Shown here in pieces: positions 33,741 to 60,265 of a stretch of 64,000 bases of DNA (position 1 is its first letter; each line of letters opens with the position of its first letter). The notes beneath the pieces were generated by a model, which saw only the letters and a program-made list of their open reading frames with translations, did no database searches and was not told the DNA's origin. A program made the position numbers and the translations under genes. The stretch covers positions 15,974,105 through 16,038,104 of the forward strand of contig CM119267.1 in NCBI GenBank assembly GCA_051294375.1. Reading direction: 5' to 3'. This stretch comes from Paraspadella gotoi (lineage: Eukaryota > Animalia > Chaetognatha).

Positions 33741-35211
33741 CTGAGAATCGAGGGAAGTCGGGAAGGAGAAGGAAAGAAAAGGCAATGCAAAATCAATAAG
33801 GATAATATCAATAATAATTAAGATTATATAAATGAAAATAATAATAATAATAATTGTAATTAAAATAATAATGGTTTCGAATATATTAACTGAGAAGGAA
33901 AAAAACCAGGCAAAAGAAAAAGGGNNNNNNNNNNNNNNNNNNNNNNNNNNNNNNNNNNNNNNNNNNNNNNNNNNNNNNNNNNNNNNNNNNNNNNNNNNNN
34001 NNNNNNNNNNNNNNNNNNNNNNNNNNNNNNNNNNNNNNNNNNNNNNNNNNNNNNNNNNNNNNNNNNNNNNNNNNNNNNNNNNNNNNNNNNNNNNNNNNNN
34101 NNNNNNNNNNNNNNNNNNNNNNNNNNNNNNNNNNNNNNNNNNNNNNNNNNNNNNNNNNNNNNNNNNNNNNNNNNNNNNNNNNNNNNGGGATAGAAACCCG
34201 GAAAAAAAATGATTCATCGTCGATTCTTTTTCGAAGCAATAATGAAAAATGCAAAGCGAGGTTTGTGGTCCCAGAGGTGAAGAAGGAGAAGTGAGGAGGA
34301 AAGGGGAGGAAGAAAAAAGGGGAGGAAGGTAGGAAATGGAGAGAGGTAGGATTAAAAGAAGGAAAATATTAAGGAGAAAAGAGAGGTGGGAGAAAAAAAA
34401 TGAAGACTAAAATATTAGATAGTCTCGGAATAAAACATGGAGAATAATAAAATAGGGATTGACAAGAAACGAGGAAAATCAAAAAAAGATAGAAAAATAA
34501 AATTTAAAGATAGAAGGAGAGAAAAGAGGAAAGAAGCCGAAGGAAAAGGAAAAGGAAAAGGGAAAAGGGAAGAAATAAAGAGAAAGGGAGGAAGACGAAG
34601 AAAATCAAATGGGGAAAAGTGGAATTATGAGGCTTTAAATAGATATTCGTTCCGTTTTCCAGCCAAAAAAATGCGACTAATATTTCAACGGAAAAAAAAA
34701 GGGAAACGAAACAGAAAATAAAAAAGAAACAAAAAAAATATTGTTAAAGGAATAAATAAAGGAATGAAATGGGACGTAAACCGAAAAACAAAATCCACTT
34801 TGTGTCTTTTCTTAAAATTTTCTATACAATGTCCTCTTTATTTTGTGAACAATTTTGTTTATGAATCGTTAATAGATGGCGACGACGGTTAATCGTTACG
34901 ATAAATATTATTTCTTCTTTTTTTTTCCCCGTTAGCCCTTTATTCGGAAATATCTTCTCAAAAATCAAAGGACTTCCCTCTTACATCCGGGATCCAGAGA
35001 TGGTTCTTTATTTTAGTGAAAAATGGCGGCCATTTCGTCTTTCTACTTTAAATTTCGTTAATTAGCAAGAAACGATTTCTTTTCGAGATGATTTACTGCT
35101 GCCTCGCGTTTTCTGCCTCTCTTCCTCCCTTCCCTTTCTCTCTCTCTCTNNNNNNNNNNNNNNNNNNNNNNNNNCGGTCCTGAAGGGATTTCCACCGGCT
35201 CAGCTGCCCGA

Positions 35212-36110
35212 CAGCGCCTTCCATGATGACGACGCGGCCCTGCAAACCAACACACAGCGAACCCTAGGAAGAGAGCCAATTATAAGCTGAAGATAATCGC
35301 ACTACTTTCTCTTAATTGATATTATTTCCCCCTTTTCTTTGTCTTTTTCCTTCCCTTTTTTTTGAAGATTAAAATGTTCCATTCTCGGTGAGTAAATTCT
35401 AACTTAGCTGCTCATCTCTCATCGTGTCTCTCCTCTCTTTCTCTACGTTTCCTCTCTCTCGCTTCTCTCTCCTCGTCTTCACTTCCTTCGTCTCTTCGTC
35501 CAATCCCCCCTTTCTCAGTCTTTCTTGTCTTCCCTCTCTTCCTCTCCCTCTCTCTCTTCTCTCGTCTCCTTCGCTCTCTCTCCATCTCTTCCCTCTCCTC
35601 GAAAGAAATTCGCAGCGGGTCGCGTGATAGAATGAGTCACGAGAAAAAAAAACACATCAACAAAGATCATGAATCAAGAAAATCTGAATAACAAAGGATA
35701 AGAAGCGGAAAAAAATGAAAATATTAAAGAGACACTATTATGAGAATCATCGAAATAAAAGAATGAATAGAATCAGCTCACTATCAACATATCCTCTCAA
35801 AGTAATCTCTCTGCCAAACTCGCAGAAAAAAATGAAAGAAAAACCTTATGATACTTCTACGTTACTCGTTTAGAAGGTACAATCGCCTCCGCCTCTACTC
35901 GTACAAGTAGTCGTGTCCACCGTAAGTGAACGCAGAAAATCACATTTTGTCCCAGATAAGATTAGCTCCACTAACCGTATCGTTTAACCGGAGTAAAAAG
36001 TACGGAACCTAAGTGTAGTGCATTTGTCACTACTTCTTTTTTATTCTTTTCTGTCTCTACATTGTTTGTGTTCGAACGGCTCCTCTAGAGAGAGAGACGA
36101 GAGAGGAGAG
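35212..36110 (+). repeat. Indel-rich inverted copy of the first musashi exon and following intron (~33200-33720)
   Basis: CTTCCATGATGACGACGCG (~35218), AAAATGTTC...CGGTGAGT (35371) and GTGAACGCAGAAAATCAC...GCATTTGTCACTACTT (~35925-36034) match the reverse complement of 33300-33720. Confidence 0.7.
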
Positions 36111-36843
36111 AGAGAGGAGAGGGACGCCTCTAAAGAATGAAATGAGAAGGAAACTACCTAAAAACGTACAAAAAATGAAAGAAAGACCAACAACAAAAGA
36201 CAGAAGAAAAAAAAANNNNNNNNNNNNNNNNNNNNNNNNNNNNNNNNNNNNNNNNNNNNNNNNNNNNNNNNNNNNNNNNNNNNNNNNNNNNNNNNNNNNN
36301 NNNNNNNNNNNNNNNNNNNNNNNNNNNNNNNNNNNNNNNNNNNNNNNNNNNNNNNNNNNNNNNNNNNNNNNNNNNNNNNNNNNNNNNNNNNNNCGTCGGC
36401 GCGCTGCTTCCGGATTTATGAGGCCATATAGAGCGTGAAAAATTGACAAAGATTATCTTTTAGGAGATTAATAATTTATTCGTAGTTTTGTAAGTTCATG
36501 GGAGGCGAGTTGACGACGGCGCCGNNNNNNNNNNNNNNNNNNNNNNNNNNNNNNNNNNNNNNNNNNNNNNNNNNNNNNNNNNNNNNNNNNNNNNNNNNNN
36601 NNNNNNNNNNNNNNNNNNNNNNNNNNNNNNNNNNNNNNNNNNNNNNNNNNNNNNNNNNNNNNNNNNNNNNNNNNNNNNNNNNNNNNNNNNNNNNNNNNNN
36701 NNNNNNNNNNNNNNNNNNNNNNNNNNNNNNNNNNNNNNNNNNNNNNNNNNNNNNNNNNNNNNNNNNNNNNNNNNNNNNNNNNNNNNNNNNNNNNNNNNNN
36801 NNNNNNNNNNNNNNNNNNNNNNNNNNNNNNTTTTTTTGTTTAC

Positions 36844-37075
36844 CTTCTCCTCGATTCGCGGGATTTTTGTTTGCGAGACGTCGAGTTTTTGCTCCGAGCC
36901 TCGTTTGAGGCCAGCGGCGGTGGCGCCCACTCTCAAAAACGGGTTCTCAACAAGTTCGGTCGGAACGCCCACCACCGCCACATTCATATCTAACGGAAGC
37001 CAGGGGTCGCGGGAAGTCATGGGATCGCGGGCGAGGTTGGTCACGCAGTCACCGTTGGGGGTCGCGTCGGGAATA
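36844..37075 (-). CDS. Candidate upstream coding exon of musashi (N-terminal extension)
   Basis: A GC-rich open frame (PDATPNGDCVTNLARDP...KIPRIEEK) ends at a phase-0 donor AAG|GTAAAC, compatible with the phase-0 acceptor CTCAG|ATG at 33740. Its own acceptor AG is not visible. Confidence 0.4.
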
Positions 37076-37899
37076 ATAAATAAAAAAAAAAGGAAAAACA
37101 AAAGACGGGGTTTCGTTAGAATAAATTCGATTTGTTGGGAACGGGATGGAATAACTTATCTCGTGAAAAAAATTTAGAATGTTATGATTAATTGATTGAT
37201 TTAAAATATTACGTTAGTGAATTTTTTTTCTTTTTTGTTGGTTTTAGATTTAAAAACGTTGTGAAAACAAAGAAAAACTTTTATTAACCCAAATATTACA
37301 TTTAAAATTCGAATGTACAAGGAAATATTTAATTCAATTAAGATTAACTAGAAATTTAAAGATAAATCATTCCTTCCCGATAAAACATTGTTATGAAATC
37401 CAAATCGTTTGGGTTAACGAAGCAACGAGAAACAAACAAACAATAAGTGAGAAACAAAATAAAAAAAAGAAATTAATTTTTTTCGAAGTCAAAAGGAAAA
37501 ACGATGGAATTTTTTCGTTGATCCTTCGATCGAAGTTGAGGAAAAAAAAAAGTAGAACCAGTGATAAAAAAAACGAGGGAAAAGCCAAATCGTTCAGGTG
37601 CGGATCGAAAAGGGAAAAATACACACACACACACGAAAAAAAAAAAATTATGGTCGTAAGCAAAAAAAAGTTAGTGCGTGAAAAGAATTTTTTTCGGGTT
37701 TGAAAGTGAAATTTTTTTTTTTTTAAGCCGGAGTCCTCAAGTTCTTCACGCTCTTCTTGCGGTATGACAACCTTTCACCTTAAATCANNNNNNNNNNGAT
37801 TTTCATTTAGTTCTCAGCTTGGAAGCAGAGGGAGTCATAGTCTTTCTGCTTTGTTTGTTCATTCGTTTGATCAGCTTTCGCGGGATGACGCGGCCGATT

Positions 37900-53150
<15,251 letters not shown>

Positions 53151-53964
53151 GAACATCTTGGAATGCACGGTGGGCGCGGCGAAGCCAAGGCTGAGAGGGC
53201 AGTCGTTTCTGGTCCGGAGAGACAATTACAACACCATAAAGAGATCTTTAAAAATGGAAGGAATGTGAAGGGAGAAAGGGAAAAGAGATGAAGGGATAAA
53301 GGGAAAAATGGATCTAGGGAATAGAGAGAAGGAATAAAAAGGGAGTCATGGTTAAAATATATATGTATTAAAAATATATATATAGTGTATAATAAATATA
53401 AAGATTGAAAGATCACTACCATTTACTATTTATGATTAAGCACTCATTCATTATCTTTATCATCTTTTTCAGTTTTTATTAATTCAATTTTTTCCTTTTA
53501 CCCACGAGAACGCCTAACAAGCGCGATGACAAAAGAACCGAGAAAACAAAACAAAACAACAAAACAATAAAAAACAAATTCCGGGACCGAAAAACAAGGA
53601 AACTTAATGAAGCGGAGAATAAAAAAAGGAGAAAAAAAAAGGAGAGAAAGGGAATAATTAGATCTTGACAGAAAAGATGAAAAGAAAGGGGTAAACGAGG
53701 AGGAAGAGGAGGAGGAGGAGGAGCAAGGGGGGGCGTAGAGGACGGTCCTCGACGGTAAACGAAAAAAAGGGGAAGAATAAAAGGAGGGGAAAAAAAAGCG
53801 CATGTCGGTCATTAACTAGTAACTAATTAGGGGATTTGGAAATGTAAGAGGAGGAGAAGGAGGGGGAGAGGAGGAGGAGGAGTAGGCCGGGTCGAGTGGA
53901 ACCGCGAGAGAAGAATGGGGAGTAGTTGTTAGCTACGTGACTTGGAAGAGGTAGGAAAATTAAT

Positions 53965-56900
53965 ATACGAATACCTCTCAGCCGATCAAAGACTCACTCT
54001 TTGTGTTATTTTTTCATTTTATTGCTATGCATGAGCCGAATTATTTTTTAGCAGAGGCTTCGGCCGAAAAAAAGAAAATTCGTTTCCCAGATTTGTTATT
54101 TTTCGGCTTCGGCGATGAATTTGCCCCTATAGGACTGTACCTAACCTGAAATTTCCTGATTAATGATTTTTCAGATTTGAATTTTTTGGGATTATTATTT
54201 TTTGCTGTTTAAGACAATGTTTTTTCTCAGAAACTGTTTTGTTTTTGGTTAGTAAGCATTATTTTAAGAATTTATTTTATTATTTTAAGTGACTGGAAGT
54301 AGGGTTTTTTTAATAAAATATTTAATTTAATTCTATTCTTAACTAATTAGAAGTCTTCGTTTGGCGGATCACGCTGCTCAAGTTGGCTTCGTCGAAGGCT
54401 CTTAATGCCTCGGCGGAGTTTGCGGACTCCACGCGGGAAGAAGAATTGCCACCTGCGGTCGATCTCTAGGTGTCGGAACGAGTCGACGTTTTCCATCAAT
54501 CGAAGGCCCTTGCTAACGCCTTCGAGCGGAACGTAAGGGATCTCGGCGGCGCCCTTCCGGCTCTGTTTTTCATTGGCGATTAGGGATCCTCGACTAGCGA
54601 AGAACGGCCGTCGGGGCGTAATTTTTGGACACGTCGACTGGAATTTGTGCATCGCCGCTGCCCTTCTCGAAACTGGCAGTGAGATTGAGATGTCCGGGTT
54701 TCGAACTTGTTTTAATTTCTTCGTCTTTGGCGTTAGTCGGCTTGCACCGATCTTCCGCGAAGCCTTCCTTCGACTTCAACGCCGTCTTGTTTATGCCATC
54801 CTGCGGGCGACGAATAGGAACGGGAAGAATTAAGCGCGCCAGCAATCAAAAATACGTTCGAGAAGCTGCGAGTGCCGGGAAAAAAAGCCCCCCCCTTTAA
54901 TAGGAACTCCCTTTCGGGCGTCTTTTGTGGTACTTCGCCGCTCGTTGTTTGTAAGACGAGATTCAGCTCCGCGCTAGTGCGGCGAAAGAGGAAGACATCG
55001 ACGAACTTCAAGACGGCCGGTTGATAACCCTCTCCGCAACTTAGCCATCTCGAGATTATCGACAACGGCTTCTTCCAACGCGGATGGCTCAATTCCCGAC
55101 GAGCCAAGCCCTTCAGGAATGCAACGTCTTCCTTTCAGAACCTCAAACGTCCGACGAGGTGGTGGAAGGCTTCAAGCGATTTCGTACGAATGCGCCCAGA
55201 GGCCGCCCCGACGGAAAGAAAACATCGCGGAGGCCAAGCGGATAGATTCACTCTAAAGGCAACTTGTGAAATCATTCGTTCCATCGATGGAAAGAGGTAG
55301 AATGGAATGACGAGGCGTTGGAAGCTTTTGTCCGGGAGCTCACTCGCATGCGTCTGCAGGCAACATCCTGCGGTTGCCGTCAGCTCGATTCGCGGGCCAA
55401 TTTATGTCGACACGTGTTTCATCGGTTGTAAAGCATAGGATCGACAAGACGCCTCCCGTATCCGCCGCAGCTACGGATTAGATGACGAGCAGAAGGAATC
55501 GGACTTGAGCGCCCAACCTGTCTTCAGCTGCAAACCATCCGGACGACGAACTACGCTTGCGTCCAAGCCCGACCATTTACCGTCCCCTCCACGCGACTCT
55601 TGAAGATGACTTCGATCGGCAACGTCCGTCATTTTCCCGTTTGACGCCGTTTTTCGGCGTTGTGACGGATGATGCGGCGCACAACTATCGATCGACGAAG
55701 ATTGTGGATGCGTTAGCCCAGGAGGTGCCAGACCGGGTCTGGCGCTTTGCTCAGAGCATCGCAGTACGGCCCGCTGCGGCAATCTCCAGGGACGGCGTCG
55801 CCAATTACATCTGGATCGACGAGTAGAACAGAGTCTTTCATCAAAACATCAATGCTTGTCGGCCTAACGAAGAATTCCAAATTGGTAAGCTCGATTATGA
55901 TGAAGGCGTCTCGCGTCGGCGTCGATGGAAGTGCGGCAGGATTTTTTGTCCAGTTTGCGAATCTTCATGGAGTCTCGGATAGATTGAGAGAGTTGCGTGA
56001 ATCGGCCGACTACGACGGTGTGTGCGCGCGCGCTGCCGCCGAAAACGCAAAGTAAGGACGAGAATGGAAAAGAATTGAGAGAAGTATGTGATTTGCAGAG
56101 GCGCGGTAATACGAGTTCTAGGCGAAGTGGGAGAGAGACCTGTTTTTCAACGTCATAACGCCTCATCAAACCATCGGTACGGGCCCGGAGTGTGGTCGTG
56201 GGCTCAGTCAATCCTCGCCCCGTCATGAGCCCTCTCTCCACAGCCCTCGTCAACCGACGGTCTTCCAAGCTCCATCTCCGGCGTCGAATGAATTTGACGA
56301 TTCCACAGCCATCGAATCGCCGTCACGTCTAACGAAAGTCGGCCGTCCAATTCGTCGACGACACGTGAACGTCATCCGCGCGGAAACCGGATCCTGGATG
56401 CGAGGAGGCGGTGGGCCGTTGGAACCGAAAGCCGATGTCGTTCCGCACGCCGCTTGAATGCCGCCAAATCCGCAGTTCGTTTCAATGGAGTTTTTTTGCG
56501 CGACGCAATAAGGGAACCTCTTGCAATGATGGAATTGCGTCGTGAAGGCGTCGAGAACGAGGGGAGTGAATCCTCCCCCCAGTTCCACGCCTACCACGCT
56601 GCCGGCGTTTCCTGCCGCTGCGGCGTTGGAACGCCGAAACGCCGGCGTTATTCGAACGGGACGTTTCGCCGACATGATTGCGGTAATGAACGTCTCTGTC
56701 GACTGCAAAGGCATCAAACGGCGTCATCCTCCTGATGCGGCGCCGTTTTCGAGCAGCCCTTGCGTCCGCTCCGCTGCAATGGCGACGGGTTTTTTGGAGA
56801 TTCAAGCTCAAACGCTCGCCTACCAAATGTCTTCAGGCAGCAGCGCCCCAAAGATCAAGGTAGCGACGAGACTTCGTCGCGTTTAAGACTTTGAGCGCCA

Positions 56901-59900
56901 AACTTCGCGATTTTAACGTCAGCGTCTGGCGGCGTTGGTATATTTTTGGGCGCTACGGATGGCAATGAAGTTGAAGGAGGCTTCCCTCACGTGGTTGAAG
57001 GACGGTCTTCCGCCAAGCGTTCCATCGATCGATATCCTATCTCGTTTAGACGCTACCTTGCGGCTGCTTAGTGATGTTTTTCGGCGCTCTTAGAGTAAAG
57101 TGGGGTATGAAGGCGGACGACGGCGGAACGAAATGATTTGAACAGATCCTTCGGCGTCCAGAAAGCTCGATCGAAAGGACTCAGCGGTCATCATGGTCTT
57201 ACTGATCTTTTGCAGGCAGGTGTACGAACCTCGCGAAGGAGACGGACCGACTTCGCAACCTTCGACCAGTGCGGCCGTCATGGCGGATCTGATCTCAACG
57301 GATGCCACACCTTTCAGATAAGTGGGCGAAAAAAGTGGTTATTTTTAGACAGAATCATAATTCGGAACGACGATCTCTCCTTTATTGATTTCTTGTCTTT
57401 TCTTGCATAAACCAAGAAGTTTTTCTCGATTTCAGACCACCGGGCGAAAAAATGGAAAGGATCCCAGCGGCGACGAGCAAAGCGAAGATGGCGGCGTAAA
57501 AAGGGGGGGGGTCAACAGCCGCATCAGCGGTCAAATCATCGAAGAAAAAAGAAGGCTTCGGTGGCCGCCGGCAGCCCCCGTTCCCTGCATCAATCCGGGA
57601 ACGCCGTCTTCAGAGTCGGCGTCGTCGTCCACGCCGGGATCGAAAACTTTAATTCCAATGCTCACGTTTGCAAGCGACGCCACTATTTGCATTAGCTGCG
57701 AAAAGTTTCAACGTCTGTGGCCCGGCAGATCGTCGAAACTGGTGCGTCTCTCAAGCCCGCTGCTTCAACTGCTTGGGAAGGCGGTCATCGTGTCGAAAAC
57801 TGGCCCTACAAGGAGCGCGCTTTTGGTGGACGAAATCATCATGCCGCTTGCTCCACTAGACGGATTGGAGCCGCCGTCGAGATCGCGGGATTTTCGAAAG
57901 TATCTTCAAAGCAATTCGACATCGAAGAGCAGGCGGAAAATTCTAGTCTGACGCCGGCCGGCAGATATAGTCAGGATCGGCGCCGTGCGAAGAAGGCTAC
58001 GTGACTTTGCTGTTTAGTCGTCGAGCAGAGGCGCGTTTCTGCCCTTGCGGCGCCAATGAGCGATCGTCGTCTGAGCAACGTACAGTGTTCAGACTTTTGT
58101 ATTATTTTGGATTAAGGGAGATATTTGCGGTTTATTTGGTTTTTTAAAATATCCATTTTTACAAGTGAATTTGAAAATTTCAGCTTAGTCTCGTTAAATA
58201 TTTTTATCCCTTCGGCTCTGAGTCTAAACACTCCCTAGCCATAGGTGGAAAATTGAGATTTCTTCATGTTGTCGAATGGCGTTCCATGCATGGATATGGA
58301 GGTATGTCCTTCCGGCCGTGCGACGTTCTGCGTGTGGTGACGACGCATTACCGAGCGCGAGAAAGATTTCTCTCTTTTTATTCATCTCGTGGAGTCCGAG
58401 AATCGCTTTGCCGCGGTAGTAAAGTTTCCCTTCTCTACAAAGATGACGGGACCGGTGACGATCCAATCGCGCATGGGTCGTTGAGCGCGCGGAAATTCCA
58501 ATTTGACAACCTGGACTTCGTATGCGATGTCCGACAACGTGCAGCTCAGCCGTGAGTTTCGGGCGACATTTCGACGCCGATATTTTCCGGCGTCCATCAG
58601 CGAAGCGTGTCTTCAAACGTGCAGGGTGGCTTAGCTGTGGAGCGGAATCGGTCGACGATACGTTTTTAACGGGCCGAGGTGAACTGGATGCAGATGTAAT
58701 TTTACCTTCCATCGAGATGTTATCTTGGATCGCGATCAGGCCTACAGAGACGACGCCCGGAGATGATCTTTTCCAGGATGCCTCCGAGATGCCTGCGGCG
58801 TTCGGTTATGTTACGCTCGCGTCAGTTTTAGTCCTTTGAAAGTAAAATTAATTATCCATAAATGTCGCCTAATTCGTCTCACCGTTCGAGATAAGTTATG
58901 TTTTAATTGCGTTTATTTTTCCTGGCGATTTTTCGCTTTTCGGCCAAATATACGTATTCGGGTTAAAAAAAAAAAAAAAAAAAAAAAAATCGCGTTTTTT
59001 CTCGTTTTTCAAATATCGAATTTCATCTAAATTGCATGGATGCGTCTTTGGTGGAGTGAATATTATATATATATATATATATATATACTACACGGGAAAA
59101 TGGTGATATGGAATTAATTCGCAATGATGCGGACTGATTTTCTTTTTGGATATTGGGATCGACGTGGCCATTACGAGCGTCTAGTCTCCATGGTAACCAA
59201 AGAACATCCGGGTCTCGTCGCCGAGTTGTCGCGGGTGGCTCCGTCCTCGTCGATTGTTGTCCCGTTCTCCGCCCATGGTTTTCGCGTTGTCTCGTGGATG
59301 CTGGATCGTCATTTGCTGGATTTCGTTAGCGCGTAGTTATAACTTTTTAGTTTTCAACGTGATCTGCGCAAGAAGCATCTCCTCGAGTCTCCTCGTCGAT
59401 ATTCCAATCGACAGCGAAACGCCTCTTTTTTCGCTAATTGTAAAAATATTTCGGTTTCAAGAATGGAATTTTTTCTCATATTTTAAAATCCGGCTATCAA
59501 CTACAAGATGTGCTGGAGAATCTCTCGGCTCATCGTGTAGTTGTCTCTTCGTCGACTGCGGGGGGAACACGGCTTAACGCTGTCCTCCGAGGCGAAGCAT
59601 GCGCGATCATGAGCGTTCCTCGTCTCGGCCTTCGACCGCCGAGAATTATGCATCCTTTAACGTCAGAACGACATTTATTCCCATTGGATCCAGAGGTCGG
59701 CCTAACTCGCTCTTCTTGTAGACGAAACCAAGTTGACGAGCATGTGGAGGCCACGGCGTTTATCAAGAAAAGGGTGGCCTAGCCAACGACTCGTACGGGC
59801 GGCGCGCGTTCGTGCGGACCTCGAATGAAAAATTTTCGATCGCGATCGATTTAAAAATCATCCGTTTGATATTAGTTTGGGGGAAAGTTGAAATTGAAAT

Positions 59901-60265
59901 ACGAATACCTCACTCCAAAGAACTCAGCTCTTTGTGTTATTATTTTTCATTTTATTGCTATGCAATAAACGCGAAATTATTTTTACAGAGGCTTCGGCCG
60001 AAAAAGAAAATTCGTTTCGCCAGATTTGCTTATTTTTCGCTTCGCGGCGAATGAATTTCCCCCCATGGGGATGTACCTAACGCTGAATTCTGATTAAATG
60101 ATTTTTCAGAATTTGAATTTTTTGATTATTTATTTTTGCTGTTTAAGACATGTTTTATGCTTCAGAAACTGTTTTGTTTGGTTAGTAGCATTATTTTAAG
60201 AATTTTATTTTATTATTTTAGTGGACTGGAAGTAGGGTTTTTAAAAAATTTTAATTTAATTTATT
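53965..60265 (+). mobile_element. BEL/Pao-type LTR-retrotransposon-like element, apparently non-autonomous and heavily frameshifted in this assembly
   Basis: ~370-bp direct repeats at 53965-54335 and 59899-60265 differ mainly by 1-nt indels. A purine tract GGGGGAAAG (59879-59887) lies just before the second repeat, and the interior encodes Gag zinc knuckles. Confidence 0.6.
56650..57860 (+). pseudogene. gag: BEL/Pao Gag-like coding remnant (three zinc knuckles)
   Basis: Correcting single-base indels at 57656-57856 gives CHVCKRRHYLHSCEKF..PADRRNWCVSQARCFNCLGGGHRVENCP...CGRNHHALLH, the BEL/Pao Gag CCHC triplet. Upstream fragments IDILSRLDATLR and DLSFIDFLSFL are also Gag-like. Confidence 0.7.

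Noticed and set aside
54347-57308. Minus-strand ORFs as a DIRS tyrosine recombinase or RT
   Set aside because: No catalytic motifs found; the Gag signature and PPT-like tract indicate + orientation.
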